From Mytilus trossulus (taxonomy: Eukaryota): a stretch of 64,000 nt of DNA. The position numbers were made by a program, and so were the translations under genes. Below the pieces are notes generated by a model. It was not told the origin of the DNA and made no database searches. It saw only the letters and a program-made list of their open reading frames with translations. The stretch is taken from NCBI RefSeq assembly GCF_036588685.1, contig NC_086386.1, positions 20,274,001-20,338,000 on the forward strand, in the 5' to 3' direction. The stretch's first letter is position 1. Every line of letters begins with the position of its first letter. Below are positions 30,401 through 45,400 of the stretch, piece by piece.

Positions 30401-33400
30401 TGTACAACTCAATGTAACAACACCTGATAGTGTACTGAGAGCTTCATGGATTATATCTCAACAGTTCCCCTCTAAACCTTTATGGTAAGTTTGTACAACT
30501 CAATGTTACAATATTCGACAGTGTACTGAGAGCTTCATGGATTATATCTCAACAGTTCCCCTCTAAACCCTTATGGTAAGTTTGTACAACTCAATGTTAC
30601 AATATTCGACAGTGTACTGAGAGCTTCATGGATTATATCTCAACAGTTCCCCTCTAAACCCTTATGGTAAGTTTGTACAACTCAATGTAACAACACCTGA
30701 TAGTGTACTGAGAGCTTCATGGATTATATCCCAACAGTTCCCCTCTAAATCCTTATGGTAAGTTTGTACAACTCAATGTAACAACACCTGATAGTGTACT
30801 GAGAGCTTCATGGATTATATCCCAACAGTTCCCCTCTAAACCCTTATGGTAAGTTTGTACAACTCAATGTTACAATATTCGACAGTGTACTGAGAGCTTC
30901 ATGGATTATATCTCAACAGTTCCCCTCTAAACCCTTATGGTAAGTTTGTACAACTCAATGTAACAACACCTGATAGTGTACTGAGAGCTTCATGGATAAT
31001 ATCCCAACAGTTCCCCTCTAAACCCTTATGGTAAGTTTGTACAACTCAATGTAACAACACCTGATAGTGTACTGAGAGCTTCATGGATTATATCCCAACA
31101 GTTCCCCTCTAAACCCTTATGGTAAGTTTGTACAACTCAATGTTACAATATTCGACAGTGTACTGAGAGCTTCATGGATTATATCTCAACAGTTCCCCTC
31201 TAAACCCTTATGGTAAGTTTGTACAACTCAATGTTACAATATTCGACAGTGTACTGAGAGCTTCATGGATTATATCTCAACAGTTCCCTTCTAAACCATT
31301 ATGGTAAGTTTGTACAACTCAATGTAACAACATTCGACAGTGTACTGAGAGCTTCATTGTCCGACTTAATGTTTATACAGCCATTTATCACTGTTTTAAG
31401 ACCCACTTATACATATAATCTTTCATTCTTAATGTTGCTGCAAGTTCTATTCAGTTGTCAGTTGGTTGTACAGAAAGGAGTAGGTCCGGTAAGAGCCCGT
31501 TTTGCCCCCAAAATATAGCAGTTTTACAAAATTGTTAAAATGTAAACTTTAAGTTATTTATTGAATAGTAGAATGGTTCTGCTACTTAAATATTGGCTGT
31601 TTTTGACAATACAATGCACATATATTGAGTACTGGCACCATTAGGTTATGCTAAATTACTGAAATCTTCACAATTCCAGCATTTTAGTTAAATTTTAGAC
31701 GGTTTCCGTGTAAAACGAAATTGGCCGCATTCGTGTTCATCCAAAATATTGAAATGGAAGTTGTATTTGATGATAATACATAACATATATAAAGATTGAG
31801 GATGAACACAGATGCGGCCACTTTCATTTTTAACAAAAACCATCTGAAAAGTGACATTTTTTCGCATATTTGGTAGATTTTTCATATTTAAGCTTGAATC
31901 GGATCGTTTTTAATGACTAAATGAGTTCAAATCTTTCACAAAAAATAATTGAATCAAATGAAATAGACACTTAAGTGTTTAAAAAGTGGTCAAAATCTTT
32001 CGTCAGATTAAACTGAAATTTGAGGCAAAAATCGGTCCTTACCGGACCTACTCCTTTGCTATAAACTTTCACCAACATTTGTAGTTGCTTTTATAAATCT
32101 ATGTTATGTTCTATCTTGCTTTGCTCGTCCGAATATACATTATTTCTTATTCTGTATAAAAAATCAACAAAGACTAATATGACAGGAGTAATATGACATA
32201 CAAAACAGACAAATCCCTCTATTGTTTATGCGCATACACCAGCGCAATAGTACTATGCCGTCAGCGTTTTATGACGTCAGGTTTCCGCGAACTCGAAACG
32301 TTAATGAGAGTTATTCCTCTTTGAGCCGATGGAGAGAGTGACAAACGTTTTAATAAGTAGATTTTCCCGAGATATTTTCCGAGAAGAAAATGAAAATTGT
32401 TTTTATATAATAAATAGACATGTTCCAAAATTGGATATATAAATTAATTATGTGAATTAAGTGTATCTGCAACAAACAACAAAACAGCAAATGATAAAAT
32501 ATATGAATAAAAAGAGATTCAACATGAACTATACAGCAAACTAACAACTGTCAAGAAACGAAACACAAATCTGGATACTCGACAACAAGATGGGATTTTT
32601 TTAAGTCCGGGATTTCGGGACTGGCCAATCATATTATAATATAAAACTAAGTTCCATAATTTGCTACGTGTATGGATTTATCTGTTCTATAGAGACAATC
32701 TCTTTGGTAGCCTAGGTTTTAAATTGTATTTATATTTCCACAAATCATGAAGAAAGTACGAAAATCATCAATCATGTCATCAAAATTCAATGTATATATA
32801 GAATTAGAAACCTTACGCACCTATATGGATATGGCAAATTGCACATATGTATTTTGAATGTGTAAGGCGATTACATTTTTACACGAATATAATATTCAGA
32901 TTTCTGATAAGCACCAACAAATCAGTAACCCAACGACGCATACGTGTAAAATAAAGTCCATGTAGAGAAATTAACATTTACGCTTCTAACATTGTATGTT
33001 TTTGCATTTGACCACTCCCGAGTATGATCCGATTTGCCAAATTTTATATTTATGTACTAGGTGCGCAATTTTTATATAAAAAAAACAACATAATTCTGCC
33101 TGTGTTTTAAAGTTGTCGGAATGAAGAATTAAAGAGGAATGCATATGAAACAAGAATGTGTCCAAAGTACACGGATGCCCAACTCACACTATCCTTTTCC
33201 ATGTTCAATGGACAGTGATATTGGGTAAAATACTCTAATTTGTCATTAACATTAGAAAGATCATGTCATAAGCAACATAAAATTGAGAATGGAAATGGGG
33301 AATGTGTCAAAGAGACAACAACCCGACCAAAATAAAAAAACACAACAGCAGAAGGTCACCAACAGGTCTTCAATGTAGCGAGAAATTCCCGCACCCGGAG

Positions 33401-36400
33401 GCGTCCTTCAGCTGGCCCCTAAACAAATATATACTAGTTCAGTGATAATGAACGCCATACTAATTTCCAAATTGTACACAAGAAACTAAAATTTAAATAA
33501 TACAAGACTAACAAAGGCCAGAGGCTCCTGACTTGGGACAGGCGCAAAAATGCGGCGGGGTTAAACATGTTTGTGAGATCTCAACCCTCCCCCTATACCT
33601 CTAACCAGTGTAGAAAAGTAAAAGCATAACAATACGCACATTAAAATTCAGTTCAAGACATGTTTACTTAGTTTCAAGTTGATTGGACTTCAGCTTCATA
33701 AACAACTACCTTGACCAAAAACTTTAACCCGAAACTTGCAATTTCATTTTCTATGTTCAGTGGACCTTGAAATTGGGGTCGAAAGTCAAATTTGGTTTTA
33801 AAATGAGAAAGATCATATCATAAGCAGCAAGAACTTCAAAAGCTACCTTGACCAAAAACTTTAACATGAAACGGGACAGACGGACGGACGGACGCACAGA
33901 CCAGAAAACATAATGCCCCTCAACAATGCTATCGTAGGTGGGGCATAAAAAATCAATAGTTGATTTGAGAAAAAAAAGTCGGACTAGGTTCCATTCATAA
34001 TCACGATATGACAACTGTATGAGAATACTTAGACTGAGTTTCTAGCAACATGACGGAATATTTTGATATGATAGACCCCGTTAACACTTGCACGAAATTG
34101 AATCGATCTTTTAAGAGCATCTCTCATTTACGATCTTTTTAGAACTTATGATTTTAAATAGTATACATTGCAATCCTAAAATAATCGGTCATATCGTTAA
34201 AAAAAAACTCGTAGTAAATAGAACAAGGAAATATTTGGTTCATTAGATGTGCTTCTGCATTTATTAATTATCTTTTTGATTAATATGTCATAAGTCCTTT
34301 TAAAAACAAAGAAATGTCAGAATAATTTTACTTATAACGGTCATTTTGTTTGAAGATGAGGAATTTACAGAAAATAATAATAAAAAAAAATAATAATGAA
34401 TAAATACAATTGAAAAGATAGTTCTTAAAATGTGCACCAATTAACACACGTATATTAAGCGAATACGGAAAGAATAAGTAACGGTATCAGTCGAGCACTG
34501 AAACAGGTCCTGTCCAAGGTCAGGAGCTTGTAATTAAATAGTTGTCTTTAAAGTGTTACATATTTGTTTTTCATTTATTTATTTTTTGTTCATAAATTAA
34601 GCCGTTTTTTCTCGTTTGAATTGTTTTTCACTTGTCATTTCTGGACCTTTTATAGCTTTATATGCATTATGAGATTTGCTCATTGTTGAAGGCCGTAAGG
34701 TGACCTATTATAAATAGTTCCTGTGTCAATTGGTCTCTTGTGGAATTTTTTATTATTTGCTATCATATCTTTATCTTTTAGAAAAATGACGCAAAAAAAC
34801 GACGTATACATTTTTTTTTATTTTCATGTTCTGTCAAATCATTTGAGCATACGGACGAAACTTTGAAATCAGTTACTTATAAGAATATATTAAACTGACC
34901 ATGCGAAGATTTATTTTCATATCTACATAAAACATTTTGAATGTAGATCGATTTATCTAAGCGTTTAAACTTAAACAAAGATCAGGGTTGCGTTCAATAT
35001 CGTAGAGGCTACATAGGGCTACGTAGATTTATGACTATTGAACATGTAGCTAGCCTAGCTGCTACAAAGATATTGATTGCAGCTAGCCTAGCTACTCGTT
35101 CATAAGATCAAAATATATGTAGAACTACGTAGCCGCTACGATTTTGAACGGAACCCGGTTCATAAAATCAATCTTTTTAAAACTACATTTGGAAGTGGTA
35201 TTTAAGTCTTTAAGTATTTAAGTCCGATCTTTCCGAGTCATATTTTACAATATCGGCTCCTCGATCTTTATTGTTAGGGGTCTTAGATTTCTATTGATTT
35301 TAAGTTATTATCAACAAAATAAAAAGAAACAACATTCTTCACCGCGAAATTATAATTCATGATATCGTAAGCAAAGGTTTGTTGGTGACCTTCTGCTGTT
35401 GTTTTTTATTTGGTCGGGTTGTTGTCTCTTTGACACATTCCCCATTTACATTCTCAATTTTATCTGTCTTGTCTTTCAGATATACTTTGACTGAACTATG
35501 AAATGATATAACAAATATATTCACTATTTTAAGAAGAATTTCTGTTCAACACATAAGCACTATACACAACTTGAATAGAAATGTTGTTCATAGAAGCATA
35601 ATCCATTCGCGTGTACATTTGTTCAACGCATTGTTTTCCAACCACCGCATTTATATTACGTGTCTGTGAAACTGACGGAAAACTAAGTACTATCAAGTGT
35701 AAATTAATATGAATTAATAGTAGTTGAAAACAAGCAAACAACATAACAGCAAATAACGAGAACTGTGTTGTCCGTAATTTGTATAGGAATAACGCCCAAA
35801 ACCGGCGGAACGGCTTTCGACGTTATTTCAAAATTGGCGCAATGTATTCCCGCCATTTTAAATTGTTAACCCTTTTGTAGAAATATCTCTTTTTTCATTC
35901 CGGTGACCCCATCGTTTTATTTCATGATTTTATCTAGAAATAAACAACGCATATTCTGTTGAATACTCATCGAGAAATTATTGGTCATTTTTTTTTAAAC
36001 TTCATTCTTTTATAGTTATTTCACAATAAATAAAGGCGGGAAAATTATTAAAGCAACTTATCGCTAATTTTTCCCCTCAGAAATTGGTAATATTATTAAA
36101 ATAGTTTGTATTAACTACTTGGTTAACAGAACAAACAAGTTTTATGGGAAACCAACTTTTAAAAAAATATTACACTGTTATTGACTAGAGGTCCCGATTT
36201 CCAAATTCCATGAAAAAGACGGCGTTCTAAATCGAAAACGAGGTCGGTGACCCCATTTTTTTATTAGCTTATTTTGAAGCTTTTACCTAACCTAAAGTAA
36301 ATATAAAATATAAAGAAGATATTATTGGTAGTTCTGATTAGAAGGATTTGTCTTTACATCTAATAATATTTTACATTGTTTTCAAAAGTGATTTATTTCA

Positions 36401-39400
36401 TTTGACAATAAAATTGTACTTCATCAGTTTTGAAGCTTTTTGACACGTCATACTTTTTAATTTGATGTAAATACTTAGTGAACTATTGTATATGTGGTTA
36501 ATCTATGATGAATGTATTGCTACCTTATTGTTCCTAATCGAATGCATGTATCTTGATACAACAAGTAATATGTAAATGCTGGCTTAATTTATACTGAAGG
36601 TATGAATGGAGTGTGGGTGACGCAGATGATTCAACACCGATTGGTATTTATAACCCACTCGAGGAGAAGGTTTGGCAGGATGCTGGTCAGTTAATGGAAT
36701 CTGTCTTCACTATTGGACCAGGTAGACAATATATGGTTCTTTTTTCAAATGATAATTTGATTTTATGTTTACATATTCTGTTCGTGTGTTTTTACATTTT
36801 CTTGCTATTTCAATACTCGCAGAATATAACACACTTTACCGTTCAATTCCAAAAGACTGCTGATTTATGCAGAAAATAAAGGTGTTCATTTCGTAATCTT
36901 ACACTACTCTAACGGGAATGTGTCTTTCTCAACCTTGATATCTTTAACATTTTATGGGTGACATATATCTAGAGGTTGCTGAAGACATTTTGACAAACTA
37001 CGTTGTGCATTGTTTCTATAATTTAATAATAAAAACAAGTATGAGTTTTTTGTGTGTCAGCAAATATGTATGAGAATGTCTCTGATGCGTATGGATAATT
37101 CCGAATACATGGAAATAATCATTCCAAAAAATTCAGGTAGATATTTGAAATCTTTCTAAGGGATTGAGTATTTTGTAAATAAAAAAAAATAAATTGTAAG
37201 AAACAAAAAGAAAGTAGTCTCTAAATCACATTTTGAAAAACAATGATTTCACTAAACGTTTGTCAACATTACCAGTTACTCACATGCTTAACCAGACTAA
37301 TAATCGTTTAAATGTTAATATTTTTAGATCAACAATTGTTAGAAAACACCATCAAATATTCTGTGTTTGTACGGATATGGTACACATCTGACACGTATGC
37401 TGTATTTAAGACGGATGGTATTGTTGTGATGACACAGACACCTGCTGTAGCTACAGTCAGAGGAACGGCTGTGAGTACTTCAAATGTTACGGCTGTTGTG
37501 TCAGATCTGATGTCTACATTATATTCAAGACATACGTATTATTGTGATGATTTAGACAACAATGATAAGACAAACTGCTGTTTCTGCATTTTCAAGAACT
37601 TTTTTGGGTTTCTACTGAGTTCCATTGAAGCATGGTTGGGTTTAGGAGGAAATGATTATCGAAGTTTTACAGTCAATTGCTCCTATGAGTTGTTTCATAG
37701 AATAATCAACTTTTTCTAAATGTTTGTATCAATATACCAAGCAAATTTGTATTTTCTTTGCGAAAACATTTGGATTTTTTTTTGCATTTTTTCAAATGAT
37801 GAAACAGTTAGTTTTCAGTAGTACCTGTATTTAATCTATGCATTTGCAGTCACAATCAAGGATCTTTAAAACTTTTGTTTTATTATATATATATATATAT
37901 CAATTGAGTTATGCAAGATACGTTTTCACGTACTCAATTGAAATATTTTTTTCACGATTTTTCTGATTTATCAACCTTTTATGCAATATTTTTAGAGGAC
38001 GCCTATTATGTGTCTAACAGGTTTCTACCAAAAAGGCTTTAAACTTTGTATTTTGTTTGTAAGAAAATTAGTTATGTGCATCTCACTTTTAGTAATGATA
38101 TTAAGATTTGCACGTAGAGACTGTCATATATTTCTTTAAGGCAGTCAACACATTTGTAATATTAAATACATGTTTTAGGGTCAGTATCATAAATGACCTT
38201 TGATACTAAACAAATAACAATCACAACAATGTATTGGTTGCAACCTTTTAGTCTTTGTCATATTAAGACATGTGGTAAGTTTAAAAACCATACCTGGCGT
38301 TTCGCCTGAATCATGTACATTAAATATAGCAACATATATCTACAGTTTGTTTTACATTTTTGATTGAAAGCAATTGGTTTCCCAAAAAAACCAAAGAGAA
38401 CATTAATTGTAACACTCTTAAAGTTTCCTTAATTTTAAGGCAAAGCTGATTATGGAAGAATGACCTTTGTTGAATGCTAGGGATGGAGTCAGTTGACTTT
38501 ATTATGTCATTGAATCAATGAAAAAAATCTTTTTAATTTAAAGGTGATAGAAAAAGTTTTGAATACCTATGTAAAAGATGATGACTATATGAGAATAGGG
38601 AGACCTATAACATTTATGTGGAGGGACAAATTCATCAATGCTGCAGCCACAATAGAGGAATACAAACTTTATATAAGTTCATTTCCTGGAGGTAAGTTCA
38701 TAATACATTCGGTTAGCAGATTTTGAATCAAGTAGTTGCAAGTAGTCAGTAACTGACTTATTTTCAAGATTTAAAAACTAAGATATGGTATGCTTGGCAA
38801 TGACATACTGTTCAACGGAAACCTTTTGATGTTGAAATTAGCAGTTATCAGCAATAATATATAGATTCTTACATTGATACCAGTGGATTATCGGATTTAT
38901 CGAATCGAGATAGTTAAATTATCAATTTTAAAGTTCGAGCCGCCTCGGCGAGTACTTTAAAATTTATAATTTAACTATCGAGATTGGATAAATCCGATAA
39001 TCCACGAGTAACTATGTAAGAATCTGTTTCTCTAATGATTAAAAAGACATTTTCTTTTTTTGTTTACCGAAAATCCCCTTCGAGTTCCTTTCACATTGCA
39101 CGAAGTTGTCAATTTCATTAACACCTGTTATCATATTTTGGTTCATCCAGTCAGCCAAAAAGGTCATGACCCTTAAAATCATCCAATGATCTTCTGAGAT
39201 CACCAGCAACCACACGTTGGTTAAATTTTTTTATACAATGGGTTCGAAAAGGGATAAATTTCCATAGAATTAAAGAAACGTGCATATAAATAAATCTGAT
39301 CTTATCTTTTTTTTCCGAACTAGATTAATGGATTAATAGATTTGATAAAAAAAAAAACACTAAATGAATAATTTTTAGACATTTCTTTGCAGTATTTAAC

Positions 39401-42400
39401 TGCGAATTCATAACCATATTACAAACCAATAGAGTGTATTCTTATTAAGAAAGGATCAAATGTAGGTTTGTTTTACTTTAGTAGTCATTGAGTTATGTTT
39501 ATTGAAATTATCATGATATACAAATATCAAAATATTGTTTTCTGAAAACAAATAAGCTAGTTTTCTCTGAATTAATGTTCTCTTTTCTTAAAGGATATGA
39601 CATATTGACAATACCCACAGATTTAGATGGAACAGCGGAAGGATTTAACATGTCTAGAGTCAACTTATCACCAGGAATTAAATATTATTCTAATGTGATA
39701 GCTTATAACTATGCTGGTGTTCACACTACGTCTACGTCAGATGGGTTCATTGTAGATCATGTAGACCCATCAGCTGGGATTGTATATGATGGATTAGGTA
39801 TGTCAATGGTTCTACCATTTATATCCATGAATTTATAATACAGTTTTTACCTAATTCATTACAAAAAACATGCATAAATGTGTGTTTTATTTAAACACAA
39901 TCGCTATGACTTTAAATAAATCTGATTATAAAAGTTGGTTATATTAATATTGTGTAATGTTGAAGACAAACATGAGGTAATGAAATAAAAAAGGGGTTAT
40001 TCGTTATTTTGACTCTTATTTTGCTCTGCTTGAAAAAAGGGCGTGTATTTTGTTGTACATTTCAAATTATCTGCATATCTGTCAATTACACTTTTGGTTT
40101 CCAAATGAAACATATAGTAACGTTTGATCAAATGTTGTAGTGTTTGTACAAATGTTTTGATATTGTTATCTATTATGTCTATAAGTTTTGTTCACACATC
40201 GTTGTCGATACAAATACATTGTATGCGACTTTCATACAAGTCAGAGGTTTAGCTACCTATAGACCAGGTTTAATGCACCATTTTCCGCATATGAAAATGT
40301 CTGTATACAGTCAGGAATTTGACAGTTTTTATTCATTTTCTTCATGTGTTTTAACTTTCAATTTTGCCATTTACTGAGGGACTTTTCGTTAAGATTTTTC
40401 ATTGAAGATCATATGTGTCGCATGTTTTGCATCGATAAAACATTGAAAAATCAAATTTTTTTTTTTTTTCATATGTGCCTGTAATTCTAATAAAATGTAC
40501 TTGAATATTGAATAGCCTATATATATTATAATGCATATTTTCCTGAGGAAAGTAACATAATAATTTTTTTTTGTTATAACGACTTGAACCTATCCATCAT
40601 CGTTATAAATAGAATTGCCTTTATAAAGTTAATTTGTTAATTTTGCTTACTTTGAATACAGGAGTAATGGATGTCGAATATAAGAACTCTTCGGACATAG
40701 TGGAAGCCCATTGGCATGGATTTTTAGACACAGAGTCTGGTATTCGGTCATACCAATGGTGTGTGGGGTTGACAACCGTTGTTGATTCAAATTATGAACA
40801 ATCGGAATGTGATATTTTACCTTGGACTAATGTTGGACTTCATGTTTCTGTATCTCGTAATCTGTCAACAGATATTCCCCAGGGTAGGTCTTTAAGAAAT
40901 TAACTAATGCACAACTTGTATTGAACATGAGTGAGATATTTACACAGTCGTCATTTGAAGGATAACAGACACAAAAAACATGTCTAACCAAATCATTTTT
41001 TAATGTTTCCATACTAGGCCAAGAGCCGTTAATCATTAATGCAGTGTTTGCTGGCTGGCTGTATGTCTTATTTTTCTTGTCTATTGTTATAGTAAAAATC
41101 ACATTTTACTTAAATCTCATGTCTTTACTGAATGATACAAATCTGTAGTAGAAAACACTGTTTGTCGTATTCAAAAAAAGCAGGTGCATATTTGAAATAG
41201 TATTTTAAACTAATAAAAATAATAAGGCTTTTCAATGTGACTGTAATCGTTTAATGACTATATTTGTGAAAACTTGAACCACTTCGAAATCATCAACTTG
41301 AATGTAAATGTTCTATCATGTAAATTATAATAGTTGTGTCACATTGAGTTTCTTTATTTACCGTTTAAATACTATACTTTATAAGATAAGTAAGAAACTA
41401 GGCCATACACATCCACAAATTTGAACATAAACTTTATGTCAAACTACAAAACAAAATTATTTTCATTCAATTTTATAAATAGAAGTTCATATGAGAGGTC
41501 AAATATACATAAGGGCTTTGAGCTCAAAAGTCGAAAACTAAAAAGGCTAATAAGACTTAAAGCGAAAATGACATTAAAAAGCACACAAAAAAAACAACAT
41601 AGAAAAACTATAATACTGACTGAGATCTCAGGTGCTCTGATAGGGAAGTAGATCTTTGTACACATGTGGCAACCATTGTATTATTTTTGGCAATTGTTTG
41701 ATTTCAATAATTGTATAACAGGTACTAAAATATACAATAAGGTCTATGCTGTGGACAATGTAGGGAGAACATCACCTATTGTTACATCAGATGGTGCCAT
41801 AGTAGATGAAACACCTCCTGTTTCAGAAAAATTTATTCATATTGATGACAATATTGTTGACAATCCTTCATTTGAAGACACGAGTGGCGATCTATTATCT
41901 TGGTTGAATGTTAGTTCTACAGATATATGCACAATATCTAGTAGTTACCACCCATTGTTATGGATACCCGATTTATCAACATGCATGGCTGTTATATCAT
42001 CACAAGTAAATTTAGCTAAAGACGGACAGTCTTTTCTTTTCATCAGAGGGAATGTTCAGCAAAAACTTGTCGACGTCAAAACTGGACATTTTTACAAGAT
42101 TTTATTTTACTCAAGTCATTTACCGATAACAGATTCTGTAGGAGCAAACAAGGAAGGTTTCGTACAACTTGGGGATGACAAACAAGTATTCCTGATATAT
42201 ACAAAACCATATCGTCATGATGGACATGGGGAAGGCAATAGTAGAGCAGAAATTTCCTGGCATGCACACACCTTTTATTTCAAAGCTACAAATGATCAGG
42301 TTAATATCACTATTGGAAGTATAGACATGACAACGGGGATATTTATAGATAATCTATCTGTTCGGAAGGTAAATTTGACAACAGTATCACCAGGGGGTCA

Positions 42401-45400
42401 CGTGATTGGCCATGTGGTATATTTACATGAATGGAGTTCCATACATGGGTCATGGAGTTTTGCAGATCCAGAATCTCCAGTCATAGATTACAGCTGGGCA
42501 ATAGGTTAGTTATTGATTCAATTTGACTTAAACTATCTAATTTAGAGGTTTTTGAATGGTCTTTGTCTAACAAGTGTCCTAGTAAGATCTTGCTAGTTTT
42601 TTAATAGATGGTGATTTTACTTAAATACATGTATATTTCTTGATTGGGTTAACCATTATCCAATATAATCAGTATACATTGATACATTCGGAATGTGCAT
42701 GTCACACTTGATTTAATAATTTGATAAGATTCGTGAGTTTACGAAAATGTGACGGTTATACACTAAATGTACTTATTTTTTTTTGTATTTAAGTTTGTCT
42801 ATATGTTATATCTGTACTTTAAAATCAATATAAATTACTTTTTCAATACCGTTTATTTTGTCCTATATATGTTTGTTTATCATTATGGAATATCATTTTA
42901 ACTATTATTCTGTATTGTTCACATGTTGTAGAATGTTTCGATATTGACCACTTTTGTTTATATCATTCCCATTGTTAAGGTTATGCAACTGGAGGAACAC
43001 AAATACAACCATTCAGAAGTGTTGGATTGATGCACTTTGGGATTAACAACAATGTGACCTTGGTACACAACACATATATTTATATCACAGCCATAGCTAC
43101 GAACGGGGCAGACTTGAGAGGAATTTCTTACTCTGATCCAATACTAGTAGATCTGACACCCCCTGACATCAAATTCGTCAATGATGGATTAGGTAAACAA
43201 AGATATAAAGACTATGTATAAGTTTTGTTTATTCAATACTTATATTATATGAATAATATTTCTTTATGGATAGGTATCTTATGGCAATAATACCTTAACT
43301 ATTTTTGTAAAAACGATCAACTGCTGATTTATTTGAATGACATCTGTGTGATGTGACGAGAATATTAGATTCAAATGAGATTTCCCCAACAAAAATGTTT
43401 TACATGTATACAACATACTTATTGTTGAATGTTTAGACAATTAAAGACAGTTGTATCACGTATTTACTGTCATATAGTATTGCTAGAAATATTCGAGAAA
43501 AATGACTTTCTTTATGTTATTGTATGTTTTATACATACTAACGGAACTAGTGTACGATAATGAATTATGAGGGTAACATATATATATAAACGAGTCTAAA
43601 TTAAAAACTACGTTCAAACCTATGATTGCGTTGGATAAAAACCGAATTTTTATTCGTGTGCATGTAAAACAAATTTCGTTGTAGAAGGGTATAAAAACAG
43701 CACCAACAACATTTTCCAAAGCCCAAAAAAGTGAAAAAGTATATTTAAACAAAACGCATTTGACTAACAAGTCGAACAACTGATGTTCTTTAACCCTGCT
43801 GACTGCCATTGGCGATTGCCAAATAAAATTCATCACAAGATGTAACAAAATGGATCTTAATATAAATTTAATACTACACAGATTTTTTTTTTTAACTTAT
43901 ATATATATCTATAAAGGAAATGAAAACAAGTTTAAATGAAACAATGAGGTACCAAAAATATTGCACAGTAATATAACCATCAAAAACAACAATTTTATTA
44001 AAAAAAACCCAACCTCATTAAAAAAAAATGTAATATCAAAGATAAGCAACAATATACAACACAGGAATCTAAAAGCTAAATTTAAGAAAATGATATTCTA
44101 AATAGTGACCAATTAAAATTGCAGGTGAAGATGAAGATGCTTGGGAATTTAATGAAGTAGTAGCAAACTGGGACTACGAAGATCCAGAATCTGGTATCCT
44201 GTTCTGTAAATGGGCTGTAGGTAAGACTTTACTTGGTAATTAACTGGGTCTACGAAGATCCAGAATCTGGTATCCTTTTCTGTAAATGGGCAGTAGGTCA
44301 GACTTAACTTAAATACAAGCTATGAAGATCCAGACTCTGGTATCCTGATCTATAAATGGGTAGTAGGTAAGACTTTACTTAGTTGCAAACTGGGACTACG
44401 AAGATCCAGAATCTGGTATCCTGTTCTGTAAATGGCCTGAATCTAGGACTTTACTTGGTAGAAAACTAGATATAAGATGACTTTAAATCTGGTATTCTAT
44501 TGTGTAATTGGGCTGTATGTAAGACTTTATTAAGTAGCAAACTGGGACTTCAAAGACTCAGGATCTGGTATCCCGTTCTGTATTGTGTTGCACTTTGATG
44601 TTTCTATCTGTTGTTTTGTTGATTTCCTCTTCTAGGTGTTACCAGGATGCATTTGCTCTCAAAACATTTATGCTCTTTGAACACCGGTATAGTACTGTTT
44701 TCCTTATTCATTTTTTATAATTTAGATATTGGTACAAAATAAGAAAAAAGAAGATATCTGGAAAATGTAAAATAATACATATCTTATATCTGAATGATAA
44801 GTGTTACGATTGAACTAGTAATCAGAAGATATCTGCAATACTATGAATATAATTTTTAATATCTTAGAAATGTTTTATATCTCAGACACAATTAAAGCAG
44901 CATTTTTTCTGGAAAATGGTGGATCCAAAATACAGTTTCTAAGAATAGGTCATAGGTTAAACACACAGGGTGCAGTAGATATATAGATTAATTTAGTTAA
45001 TCTGATATCGAATCCCTTACAAATAACTTATATATATTTTCATATTTCCTTAATCAATGTTATGTTTTGTGGAAGGCACGTGTCTCATTATTTACTCACA
45101 AAACTATACAAACCTTGTTTATGAAATGATTGTAAGGTAAAACTGTTTTTTTTTCGGAAAGAGTGCAGTTTTTCAAAAATTTTGAAAACTAACTTACATA
45201 TCTTGTTTTATGTAGGTTACCAGCCTGGTGGAAATGAGCTATTACCATACACACTGATCACAACTTTGTCTGCATACAAAGAATTTCCTTACAATCTACT
45301 GACGGGGAGAACAATTTATACCACTCTGACTTGTGAAAATAGGGCTGGTCTTATCTCAACTCTGACTGCGGATGGTGTAAAGATATCTAACCAGCCTCCA

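Noticed and set aside
35880-36290. Second Kolobok-like MITE
   Set aside because: Shares internal cggtgacc motifs with 50808-51356, but no TIR or TSD could be identified.
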